A stretch of 64,000 bases of DNA, from the NCBI GenBank assembly GCA_028534125.1, contig CM052817.1, positions 106,642,001 through 106,706,000 of the forward strand. Reading direction: 5' to 3'. A program made the translations under genes and the position numbers. Each line of letters starts with the position of its first letter. The first letter of the stretch is position 1. Under the pieces are notes generated by a model. The model worked only from the letters and a program-made list of their open reading frames with translations, was not told the origin of the DNA and did no database searches. Shown piece after piece: positions 11,009-23,400 of this stretch. The DNA is from Lama glama. Lineage: Eukaryota.

Positions 11009-11369
11009 TGTTAGGCAGTTTAGATAGAAATGAGCACTGGGCAGGGGGAGACAAAGGGAAAAGGAACAATCCAGAACACAAGGAACCTGATCTGTCAATT
11101 AGCCAGAGTACAGGGATCAATCAGTTAATCAATCAATTAATCAATCAATTAGTTAATCGATGACAAAACCAGGATATAAAAGGAAAAATGAGGGAATGGC
11201 ACCATCTTTCCTCTCTTGGATTGGCCCACTCCCAGTTCTCTATTTTTTTTTTTTTAACTTCACTAACAAAATTCTTGTTTATATCATGCTTTTTGTCTCT
11301 CGTCAAAAATCTTTTTTTGGGGGGTGACTAAGAACCAAGGTAATTCTTATTTTCCTTTTCCCAGTAACA
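11009..11369 (+). repeat. 3' LTR (361 bp)
   Basis: Homologous to the 5' LTR. Poly(A) signal reads AACAAA instead of AATAAA, and the roughly 20-bp AGGAGTGTACTACCTTTCAC segment is missing. Confidence 0.95.
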
Positions 11370-11439
11370 CATTAAATTATAAAGTTAAAAAAAATCAGCT
11401 TGTACCTTCTTGGTCCTTATCTAGGAATTGCAAGGCCCT

Positions 11440-11660
11440 GAAGCAGTGTGGATAATGGTTAAAAACTTAGGCAAGGGAGTCAGTCAGATCTTGGTTTGAA
11501 TCTGTTTCACCACTTTCGTTAGCTTTATGATAGTAATTTTGTTATTCACTCCTTCTGGGCCTCAGTTTTCTTATATTTAAAGGAGGATGGCACCTCCCAC
11601 TTAAGAATGTTACACAGATGTGGTGTATAAGGCACATCGCACCATACTTGGTACAGAGGC
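11440..11660 (+). mobile_element. MIR SINE (degenerate)
   Basis: MIR core-like CTTCTGGGCCTCAGTTTTCTTATATTTAAAGG and TTGGTTTGAATCTG. Confidence 0.6.
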
Positions 11661-12243
11661 TTAGGGAATGGTCTTTTTCAACACTGTCATCATTCTTACT
11701 ATTACCATGTTGTTCTGTTTTCTAAAGATAATTCTTTTAGGAGCTGAGTCATTTTTAGTATGACATAGGGCAAGTCCTTTAGCACTTGGAATATTTTGTT
11801 TGTTTGTTTCTGAAAAATAAGAAAACTTCATGTTGGCCATGAAGTTTAAGTGACACAATGTAACAGGTGCTCAATACATGTTAGCTTCTTTCTCTCCTCC
11901 AGGTTTTTTTTTTAATCAGGGTTCATCATGGATGCCAAAATGATAGTTGGTGTTGCATTTCCCTTCCTGGGTAATGAGTTTGCATTTTTTACAACAGAAA
12001 TCTTGGGACCCAATTCTTAAGCAAGCCATGGTAATGCCAGTGACTCATGCTGCTATGGTATATTTTGTGACACATATGTTTGAGGGGGTCATTCCTTTCA
12101 GGAATTCTTCCATGTTGCTTTCATGGACTTGTCTTTGGCGATTTACACAGTTTCTCCAAAGAAATTTTCCATTGTCTTCTTACCCAACGTCTCCTACCTG
12201 GCCAGTCAACTTAAACATTCCTGTGACTGAGCCCCTTGGCATC

Positions 12244-12779
12244 TGACCAAGAGGAAGACATTTCCTTCTACCTTCCTAAGTTCTTCTGGCTGGCCTAAAA
12301 ATTAAATTGACATGAGAAGATTCATGGGAGAAAATCAAACAAAGTTTAATAACATGTATACATGAGAGAGACCCAGGAGACCTGAGTAACTCACCAAAAT
12401 GATGAAGCCTTCACCTTAAATCCCAACCTTAGCTAAAGACAAAAGAGGATGTTGACGGGGAGGAAGGAACAGTTGTGGGAGGTAACCAGGAGCAGCACAG
12501 TAAACAAGGCTAAGGTTGTCACACAGATTTAGGCCAGTGCTTTCTCCATTGACAAGCGTTTTCAGGGCTTTTACTGCCCTTCTGTTCCTGGTCTATCAGG
12601 AGGGCCACCTGTACAAATGGAGATTTCCTTTATAAATGTAAATGTTTCTTACAAAAGGGAAATTCCTACTCAGTTTGCAGAGTTTTTCCCAAGTCTGCTT
12701 GTTCTTAGAAAATACTAGCATAAAATAATTAATATGCCAGTGAGATATCTTGGGGGGTGGCAAATTCTGCTCCATGACA
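12244..12779 (-). mobile_element. Solo LTR, ERV1-type (MER34/MER39-like)
   Basis: TG...CA ends with imperfect flanks CATC/GATC. AGTTCTTCTGGCTG..ATTGACATGAGAAGATTCATGGGAG matches the reverse complement of the 3' end of 792-1320. Confidence 0.65.
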
Positions 12780-12833
12780 GATCGTAATCCTGCAGTTGTT
12801 TGACCTGTTTAATTCTAGTGACTTTCAGTCTCC

Positions 12834-12837
<4 letters not shown>

Positions 12838-12863
<26 letters not shown>
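12838..12863. repeat. (CA)n microsatellite
   Basis: Directly visible. Confidence 0.95.
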
Positions 12864-12867
<4 letters not shown>

Positions 12868-13719
12868 ATTTGGCTGGGAAGTAATTCAACCTTGTTCTTC
12901 CCAAACTTACCCCTCATGCTACAGTTTTCTTCTCCACTAACATCACCATGTAGTTGCATACCCCCGGAGCCATCCTTAATTCCTTCACCACCACCCTTCC
13001 CAAATCAAATCAGTGACTGGACTCTGTCAGGCATTTGTAAAAACTTAGCTCCCAAGCCTATTCTCTCCTTTTCAGCACCTTTCCTACTGTCTGAGATTGA
13101 GCTTTATTATTTATTGTTTTTGTTTTGTTTTTAATCTCAACAACGTTTAAGCTGAACTTACTAGCTCCATGATCAGACTCCTAAGAGCCATCCTTTACGT
13201 AACTAGAGAGTATAACTTTGGAACTAAAACTTTTGAGCAAGTGCCCATCAACTTTAGGATAAGATCCAAATATTGCACAGTACACAAAGGCTTCATACCA
13301 CATCTCTAACCCTTCTGCTCTCTCTCTTCCCATCTCTCAGGAATAGGCTTTGTTCCTGAGAATCATTTGTTTGGAATCATTTGTTGATCTCAAATATCAT
13401 TGTACTTAAAACATTAGTTGACTACACATATTGTCTCTTCCTAGAGTATTACCTCTTTAGAACAAGAACTCTCTGTCTCTGTCTCTGTGTGTGTATCTGT
13501 CTCCCCCAACTTAATATCCACAGTGCCTTGAAACGTTTATGGAACTAAATAGATTGTAGAGTAAATAACTGAGTTATTAAGTGAATATATGAATAGATGA
13601 CTGTCAGCAGGTTATGGTCTATACAATAATAAAAAGACAAACTATTTTGCTTTTCATGAGCATATTATTTTACAGATTTGTAAGGAATATACATTAATAA
13701 TTATTATAAAAGATGAAAA

Positions 13720-14650
13720 TGTTGACAAAATCAAAAGCACAACATAAGAGTTGTGAGTTCAGTTTTATTTGGGGACTTACGGAGAACGATAGCCCAGGAG
13801 ACGGCCTCTCAGATAGCTCTGAGGAACTGCTCCATAGAGGTAGGGGGAGGTCAGTACATGTGTGACTGGGGAAAGGGGATACATGTGTTCATCTCAGTAG
13901 AAGCTTGCTGCTAGAAAGGAGGAGCAGATGTCTCTGTTAACGATTTTAGTGCTTTTCTAAGCATAAGAAAATGCAAGAAATTGGGCTAATAAATCTTCTG
14001 CTAAAAACATCTAACTATCTGAAGGCTTGTTCTGACAGTTTTCCCAGAGCAAAGACTGCCTCATCTCCACCCTGAACTCCTTTCAGGGTGTCTCAAAGGC
14101 GTTGACTGAAAAAACAGTGCATGACCTGCCAGTTAAGAATTATGTTTGATTTGACAGACTTACTGCAGACTTCAAGCCTGGGAGACAGTCTCTCAGACCG
14201 GTTTAAAGGACTGCTCCAAAGAAGCAAGGGAGGAGCCAGGATGAGTTTTTGTGACAAAGACCAGATAGAACATCAAAAAATTACTGTTAATTAGGGAAAA
14301 CCAGATATCTCAAGTTAAGGAATTTAGTATTTTTCTATGTATGGGATGGTGGAAAGGTCTGGGCTCATTGAAATCATTCCTTTGATGTGCACCTTAACTG
14401 TCTAGGGCCAGTGTCCTGTTCTTGCCCATCCTGAGTCTCCTCAGTGGGCACCACTGTGGGTGGAAGCAGAGGCTGGGCTGCCTGCTTCTCCGCATCCTGA
14501 GTTCCCTCCTGCTCCTCGTTGGGGCGACAGAAGTGGCTGGTGGTTGATGGCTGCAGCATCCTTTCTTTACTGATACAGCAGGCAATATATTTTTATTCAC
14601 AATGTCAGCAACTTCAGCGACCAACTTTCTGTAGTTTGCAAAAGTCCTAT
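13720..14650 (-). mobile_element. MER41-like ERV1 solo LTR interrupted by a second related LTR
   Basis: Starts TGTTGACAAAA..TTTTATTTGGGGACTTAC..CTCTCAGATAGCTCTGAGGAACTGCTCC, breaks after CAGGGTGTCTCAAAGG (14099) and appears to resume at TCAGCAAC (about 14605). Right end is uncertain. Confidence 0.65.
14100..14601 (-). mobile_element. Nested MER41-like ERV1 solo LTR
   Basis: (C)GTTGACTGAAAAAA..GACTTACTG..GGGAGACAGTCTCTCAGA..GGACTGCTCC parallels the start of the host LTR and ends TTATTCACA. Flanks AAGG/AATG. Confidence 0.65.
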
Positions 14651-17600
14651 GTTCCAAATGATAGATATAGATAAATTGTCAGCAGCTTGGAAAGAGGGAG
14701 TTTTTACTCTTTTCCTGGAAGACAAAATGATACGAGAGCAGATAAGATTTTAGAATGAGATATTTGAGTTCAGCCTTGAATGCTACGTACACTTTGATCA
14801 TAAAGAAACAGGGGTGGATTGTTCTAGCATGAACCCCCTTCTCCCCACCCTCCCCTGCTGTCGAGGACCCTGGTTACTCCGTTGGGTAACTAAGGTATTG
14901 AAATTTAAACAAGGGAAGTGGACAATAAGGCAAGTTGGGTTCAGACTGTGAATTCCATTCAATTTTACACTAAGGAATTGGAACACTTACAGGTACAGTT
15001 AAAATAGCTTTATGTCTCATTGTGACAAATGTGTCACTTTCTTTGAAGGAATAAATTAAATAACATTGTTTAAGAAATGTACCATTTCACAGTAATCAAT
15101 AGCCTAGCATCCTGTAATAAACATTCTGTCACTTGAAATTCATCTTACTGCTTGTCTCTGACAGACCGGGGCTGCTTCAGGTACCTCGTCCCCAGACTTT
15201 CCGGGAACTTTTCTTCAGTTAAATTATATGGGTGACCTAGGATTCTATCTCAGCGAGATTTCTTTAAATTTCATACACATTTTTATTCCAAATACATTAA
15301 CGTCAAAAACACCATCCAGCTTTGAGACTCAAAAAGTATAAATGATTGTGCTAAAGAGCCGACACATATCTGTACCCTTTATGTCCTAATCCTGCCACTT
15401 CCTTTCCACTAACTGGGTGGATTCAACCAGATTCTTAAACAACACTGCCACCTTCCTGACCTAAATGTAATTCCTTTCCAGCACATCAGCCCCATGTCTT
15501 AGAGGAACCCGTACTGATTAAAATTTAATGTGTATTCTGTCATTTTATTCATGTCTTCTTTCCCCTTAATCAGTCTGTTACATTTTGATGTTTTGAGTAG
15601 GTGAATAAGAAGCTGTTTTATTAATATTTCCTAGCTCATCAAGCATTTTAAGTGCAAAGTGAATCCCAGCTTGCAAATCTAAAAGAAATACAAGACAGGC
15701 TAATTGCTGGAAATAGGGTACGGAGATGGGGGCCAGTGAGGGGAGGGGATGTTTTAACTCATGTTCTAATCGATCTAAGAAGGTTGGAACCTAATTTCTG
15801 GAAAGATCAAACTATATTTATAACAATAACTAACCTTCACTAATTTCTATATACCTGAAACTTGTTAAGTTCTTTAAACTGTTTGTCTTTTTAAGACTCT
15901 CATAAATTCAATACTGTGGGGTACTGTCTTTAGACTAGCAATCAAGACGGTGATTGTAGAGTGAGTTTTCCCAACAATGACCATGTCCCACATTTATAAC
16001 CCGCGATTGATGGTGATAGCCAGGGTTCCCAAGACCTTGTGGAAACTAAATTGGAATTTGCATGATACCTGCTTCTTATACCTCTTGCCTTCTATGCTTG
16101 AATTTGAACCTAGATATAAAAGGCTGAAGACACATTGTCTGAAAGGAGATGAGTTTTCCACAGACATCAGGCTGCCGACAAGGCAAATCTACCAAAACCA
16201 TGAACGGCAGCAAACTATAGCTTTAGCCACTATTGGAAGGAATTCCAAATATCATTCGTTTGGAAATAAGGTGACTGCTTCCATGCTATCTGTTGAATTA
16301 CATATGGAAACTTGAATGCAAAGTCCTAGATGATATTAAAGTGTAAGCAGGAGGAACAGTAAGGAGCTGAATGGTGGACAAAAAGAGGTCCCAGCCACCT
16401 TGAATACAACCTTGGCGGGCTGGATTGAGGAAGCTGGAGATCTGCACCTTCCAGTCTCCTCTGCAGCTGAGAACAGGCATCTCCCCTTTTCAGCACTCAC
16501 TTGCCTCGGCTCTGTTTCCCTACAAAGCACATTTGGCAGATAAATGAGCTGCGGCCCAGGAAGGAGCTAAACCAATTTCTGAAGAGTATATAGTACCATG
16601 GGTTTCTGGGTTCTGAACATCACTTACCTCTCAAGATTTGGGTGTTAAGATGCAGCCAAAGAGAGTACAGAAAGGAATTATTAAAATAGAGTAAGTCTTT
16701 TGTTGGTTTTTGTTCTGTGATACAAAAGATTTTTAAGTTCAATTAGGCGTGGGAATGATAATTGTAGGATATAAATCTAGGTTCATAAAAAACAGAGATA
16801 TCTTTGTATTTATCAATTATCTACCTGGAAGCAAACAGTACATATCCAGATATGTAGCTGAAAGTCCTGTAAATTGGGTTGCAATTCAGTGACGCCAAGA
16901 TTCTTGTCCCTATAAAGACGCTTGTGTCTCCAATAGCATGCTGGCATTTTTTAACCTGGCATTTTTAAATGCAGAGATACTGTAAGTTATAATTACACTC
17001 TGAAAAAGAAGTAGATATCAATCAGAAGCATCTCAAGAAAAAGAGTCCAAGCTCCAAGAAACCTTGCAGGTCACTTTTTATTTCTATTTTAAGCTCATTG
17101 TTCCTTCCTAGAAACACAATCACTCACATAGATTAGCTCTGCTGTGTCACCAAGTTCAATATTACCGACTCTCAGAAGGGTTCCTCCTGTGAACTTGATC
17201 ACTCAATGAAATATTTACATATTCAGTTACCAGTGTGATGGGTTTAATTAAAACTTGAGTATCTTTATTTTTTTAGCTTTTTGGTAATATTGATGGAAGT
17301 TACTAAAACATATCATACCCCAGAAACGTTGCGTAAAGACTTCACATATATTCAAGTTAAAGTGGCCCTAATAATGTGATTTATTGACTATATACACACA
17401 CATTCTAAAATTGCTTTCAAAGCCACCAGTATAAAGTTAAGTAATTATATAGGTCTCCTTAATATCTTTCTGTCCTGGATAAATTGAATTTTACCTGTCT
17501 CAGAGAAAAATGTCTTACTAAATTAAATTCATTTCTGAAAAATGAGCAAAGCAAGACTATAATGCGATTAAGTTTCTCAATTTTTAACCCTTGCATTGCA

Positions 17601-19881
17601 CTTATTTTCTCCTAATACATGTTATCACTATCATGGAAACGTGTACCACCAAATACTCAGTTTTCTCCTTGTATTCCTTAAAAATCTCTAAATGTGCAAG
17701 CCTGTTAAAACTATAAGCCTTTGGTGGTGACCAAAAAGGAGATTTTATGTTTTAAATCACTGATGAGTGACTAGGCATCATCTTGCAGCTTGTTCAAAAC
17801 ATTCATCTTCCCGGTGAAAAGAAACACAGAAAAGATAAGCCGTGAGTGATAATGGGTGACAGGAGATTTGGAGATTACAAAGCCTGGAGTCCCTCTTGCC
17901 AACATAACTTTAAAACTCTGTCCCTCAATTACTTTTTTGAGAAAGTAGAAATACAGTCAGTCGAAAACCAATTTTTTGTGGGAAAATCTAGGCAAAATAT
18001 CTATAAAGCCATTTATGTCTACAGATACTTTTATTTACTAGAGGTAACAACTTTTTGGTGATTATTATTATTTTTTTTAACGCCTCCATCTACAGCCTGG
18101 CAATTAAATTCAGAGGTCCATGCCTCTGGACTTTGCTCCACAGGAATTACGAGGAATCCTTGGGGTAAGTGTAGGAATTTAACATGTGGAAATGGTTCCA
18201 GGTACACCTGGCTACAGAGCTGTCCATTTCTGAACTCTTAAGTGCAATATCTTTCACCATTGGCTTCTAGTGGCCAGCTTCTTCCTAAATGGTTGTTGGT
18301 GTTGTGGGTTTTGTAGTTGTCATCATATAGAGTCAAGCCATTAGGTACCAATTGGGTACCAACTAATTGTGTTGGTGTGTGTTTGTTCTCTCTAATCTTA
18401 ACAACGGATTGCCAAGGAGGTACTATTATTCCCACTTTACTGATGTTACCAAAGCGCAAAGAAAATAACAAAATTACCCAAGACACAGTCTCCGGGCAGC
18501 ACAGTGCAACGCACCCTGCCTTTGCACTTCACTGTTTCCAACACATCTTATTGAGTTATTGACACATTCGTAATGCTCCAACATAGGTGGACCCAAAAGA
18601 GATTTATTTTGTCATTCTGATTAAATTTTTTTTAATTTTGAAATAATCACCCATGAGCCCATAACGCCATCCCTTGGTGAATCAAAGCCATCTCCTCTGT
18701 GGTAGGCATGGATCTAGTTAATCTCTCAGCAGCACGGCAGTCTAAACTATGCCCTGTTGCTACAGCAGAACGAATGCAGACCTTGAGGATAAATAATAAT
18801 ATACTTCAGCAAGGACAAGATAGAGTATTAACTGATTTTATGATTGTACTTTTCTGGAACATATAGACATGGATTAAAGGGAAGAGGTGTTGAGTCTTAG
18901 TAAATGGGTCCCTGCTCTTTGAAATCCAGCACTGCTGTGTTTCAGCCAAAGCGGAGTGTAAAATGGATTCCAGTTTGTCTCCCAGTCTGGTGAGAGCCAT
19001 TGTCAGCCCTCCAAAAAGCCACATACCAATCACTTCCCACATTCATTTTCACACATACACCCTCTAATTGATGATCTGTCAGCAGCATCGAACTCCCTCT
19101 GTCAAGATCTGTGAGTTTTATAAGAGCAGTCAGAGATTTGTTTATTTTTTTCTAAGGAGACCAGCTTCAACTTGGCTGATAATGTGTTTTCTTTTGAAAA
19201 TGAGCAGACAGGCTGCTGGAATCACCCCAAAACCCACACCAACTGACAGTTACTGCTTGTTAGGTCCATGTTGTCTATGTTGTAGCAAGTTTAGCTTCAT
19301 GCCCATCTCAGGCAAGTAACAAACAGTTGCAGAAACAGTGGCGGTGGGGACAGAGGATGTCACAAAAATAAGAAAAATCCTACCTATAGAATGAGGATTT
19401 TGAGGCAATAGTAACTGCAAAGAAAATAGGTGGAGAAGGAGCTCTTACAAGATATCACTGGGGCAAGTCAAAGAGTCACAGAAAAGAAAGAGAATTTCCC
19501 TGAAGAAAGCTATTCAGAGAATCATATTTAAAGGTTTCCATCCAAAGAAGAAAGGAGACAATATTTAGGGACTGATCTTGTGATTAAGCCATAGAGCCTC
19601 AGAATCCTTCTGAGCACTTTATTCCTGGAAACCATGTTGAATTGATCATGGTTAGTACTCAAAGTACCCACTGCCACATTCTCTCTCTCCTGCCTGGCCC
19701 TCTTTTGCCTGAAGTAGACATACAACCACTGTGCTCCCACTCCCCACCTAACTAAAATTTACTTGTATGTGCACAGCTATAAAACCTTAACCATCATCCT
19801 TCAATAGCAAGTACATAAAAGGTCATATGTCTAATTATCTTTGCCCTGACACATGACTTCATCAGTTCTGACTACAGATGC

Positions 19882-20498
19882 TGTTGTCAAACCAACCTTG
19901 GTTCTGCTTATCCAACCTGAAGCAAAGCCAATCTATTAACACTGGGTTGTGGTGAAGGAAAGTACAGTGTTTATTGCAGGTGCCAAGCAAGGAGAATGGG
20001 CAGCTCATGCTCCAAAGACCTGAAATCCTCTGATGGCTTTCAAGGAAGGCTTTTTAAAGACAATGTTGGGTAGAGAGTCGTGGGGTGCGTGATCAGCTCT
20101 TGGATGATGGTGAGGTAACAGAGTGATGCTTTGAGAATCTCAGTCATCCACTTTCTGTTTCCAGCCCATCTGGGTGCCCGTGGTGATCATGCAGTTAGCT
20201 TCCTCTGCCTGGTAGGGGTTTTAGTACCTGCAAAATGACTCAAGGATACAACTCAGGGTATTATCTCTAGCCCTTGAAGAGGAACTAAAAGTCCTTGACT
20301 GTTTTATGACTAAACTATTATTATTTTGTCTCACTTGACTCTTCTCCTTCGTTTCTGCATTTTCTCACCTCTCTGATTAAATTTACTCTTTGGAACTCGG
20401 GGAAGGCCTAGGAGGCTAAAGCTTTTCTTCAAAGAAGAGGCGGGAGACACAGGGGTGTCTGTCCCCAGGAAGGCCCTGCAGGGTCCTGATCAGTTTCA
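19882..20498 (-). mobile_element. Solo ERV1-type LTR
   Basis: TGTTG...GTTTCA termini with imperfect flanks ATGC/AGGC. TTTATT (minus-strand AATAAA) about 19970. Colinear with 44638-45258. Confidence 0.8.
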
Positions 20499-23400
20499 AG
20501 GCTGCAGTTTCCATTACTCAGTCTTGCAGAACTCCCTCTTTCTCTCGTGTTCTGCTGCTCATTTGACAACCGTGACATTTTATATAGTCTAAGTGATACC
20601 AAAATGAATTTCCAAGGAAGTCTTAGAAGAGCATAAGAAATTATAAAGTGTCACTGTGAAATCTGAGGGAGTGCTGCACATGTTTCCAAAGTGGAGGAGG
20701 GACCCCACCATTCTCTGCTAACAGCGGGAATCTGTAAAGACTATTTTATGTACATCAATGTTATGCAATTTTTAGGCATCACTTGTAAGGCTCCATTCTT
20801 TGCCATTGACTATGGATTCCCACAGTCCTACGACTTCGCTCTTTTCCCAAACCCTTCCTCATCCCAGCAACTCTTACAAGCTGAGTTACTTCGACTCAGG
20901 CAATTATCCTCTTTGCACTAGACTTTTCTCCTTTGAAAAATGAGGCATTTAAGGTAAATGTCCTGCTATGCCCTGGTCAGACCTGAAGTTCTCTATAAAA
21001 CAGAAAATTAGCAAAATATTTGCTGTATTTCTGTATGATATTTCTAGATATTTATGCACAAGCAAGACCTAACAGAATCTAAGTTGGGTGAAGAGTAAAT
21101 ATATGCTTCTTTGCCAAAAACCTTAATCAAATATTCTAAGTAACCAGATCACAGCAAGGCCAGGAGGACATTTCTGTGTTTGTTTCATCAGTGGATGCTG
21201 CAGACAGAGCACCAGGGTCCAGGGCTAATTTAACATAAGAAACAGAGCCCAAGGTGACCAATAGAAACTATTGGAATAAGCATATTGCAGTTCCTGAAAG
21301 GGTACAGAAGGGCTTGATTCAGGGATATTTGGGCTCAGCTGAAACTTTCTCTAAATGGCTACCATTCTAAAAAAAAATTAAAAATGCCTTTTAGCTTTTA
21401 AAAATCCTTAAATTCACTTTGGCACTCTACATATTGGTCTCATCTACACTGGTTAGTGCTTTCAAGCCCAGCATACTTTCTCCCAAACAAGTTGGCCATG
21501 AATAAATCCTCTAATAAAGAATTGTCTAAATGCCAACGTGATTTAAAATGAAGATCAATATAGAAAATGCAGCCCCGAGCACCTAGGTTTTGAGATTAGT
21601 TGGCAAAGACTGATTTAATACAACTGTGGAAAGTGAGACTGTTCTGCCTTCGAGTCCCATTTTGCTTGCAGCCAAGAGAAGGCACAGAGGGATTATGTAA
21701 TTAGCCCAAAGTCACACAGCCAATCAGTGTCAGAGCTGAGATGGCTTGTGTTTAGATGCCACAGGGCTGGCATGTCTGACATCGTCATTATTTACTGCTG
21801 ATTTCATTCCCCCGCCAGCCTTCCTAGATAGCCCCAGTGTTGCACACCAGAATGGCTAGGTCTTGGTCAAGAAGCAGCCCGTGTTGCTACAGCTATTGCT
21901 CTGTGTACCTGTTCTCTTTGACACTCCAGGGACAAAGAGGAAGTTTTCACTATCGTTGGTTTGCTCCTTTGCTGGATGCTGTGTTGTTAGGTGAAGAGAA
22001 AGGCAAGATCAGGAGTAAGGATGCAATCATTTGAATCCCGGCTCCATCTGGGGCTTCGGGCCAGGTCCTTCATCTTAGAAACATTCCCACATAAAAGGAA
22101 ACTCAGAATGCCCATTTTAGCAGTGACTGAAACAAACCCATCTATTTTGTAATGTTAAATTGGAAAGGATTTATCAAGGTTATACGATTTCCAATGATCA
22201 ATTTTGTTGTTAGTATTCAGCTCCTTTAATACAATATTGACAAGCAAAACAATGATTTGAATTCTTCAAAGAATTTCAAGTCATTGAAGCAACCTCTGCA
22301 TATGGATTCACTGAATCCTACTCCTCTTTTTTTTTTCTTAAGAAATAAAGCATTCTTGCAAAGACACCGCATAAAAATGTATTTGCTTCAATTTATAAGA
22401 AAGAGTTTTGCTACTAATGTGCCAAAAAAGTATATGAGACAGCACTCAGAAGTAGACAAAGATTTATTACCAAAAAGAAAGAGGTTTTGGTTTGGGTGTT
22501 TTCATTTTCACATATGAGTCAAAGTGCTTTTGGCCTTCTAAATCAGAAGTGCTAATAAAAGATGGAAAATCTTTGCTTTTATGACGATGACAGCACTTTA
22601 GCAAAACAGTCCTCCTGGATGCTTGCTGAGGTGAAAATTCTTCTCTTTACGTCTCTAAACATGGTTTTAGATCTCTCTGCTTATTTGCAGATGTTGAGTT
22701 CATTTATTTTTTATGATTCATAAAAAATGGATGGAAGCGTAAAACCCCTGCATTCAATTCTTCCATCTAAATGGACTCCTTTGCTGTCTGCTCTGTCTGT
22801 GAAAACCAGCCGGCCACCTGCGGTGAATATTTACAAAGAAGCAGTTCATCAGATCAACAGGAAATGGGTCCTTTGCAGGGTTCCACTGCAAAAGAAGACT
22901 TGACTCTCTACCAGCTTGTCAGAGCAAGAAAGCCGTTGAGTGTCTTTGTTTTTAGGTGCAGTGACAGGACCACAAGGACAAAGAACTGCAGGTGGTAGAA
23001 AGAGAATTCTTGAAGGATGACTAGATTATGAAAGTGAAATCTGCTCCTAATGTTTAGACTCTCCCTCTGCCAAGAATACAAATGTGTGTGTCTTTCCCCG
23101 GACCTCAGTGCTAGTCTCTTCTTTCTTTCTCCTTTCATGGGTCCTTTTCATGAATAAGATAACAGAGGTCAGGAGAAGAGGGTGAAGGAAGAGGTATATT
23201 TTATTGCTTTTTTTTTTTTTAAGAAAAGTCCTGATAGTCCTACCCACTCTGGCCAATATCTATTTGTCCAGCTGCGAAACACAGGATGTACTCACTCCAG
23301 TGAGTGAATTTATAGTTACAGCAAATGCACTTTTCTTCTTGCGCTCTTGTGGAGCAACCGTTATCAAATGAGCACGCAGGGCTTTCAACAAGACAGATAA

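Larger units (their letters stand above)
7606..11369 (+). mobile_element. Class I (gammaretrovirus-like, HERV-H-like) endogenous provirus, multiply deleted
   Basis: Two LTRs (TGTTAG...CCCAGTAACA), TSD CATT at 7602-7605 and 11370-11373, PBS, PPT, and colinear gag-pro-pol-env remnants. Confidence 0.95.
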
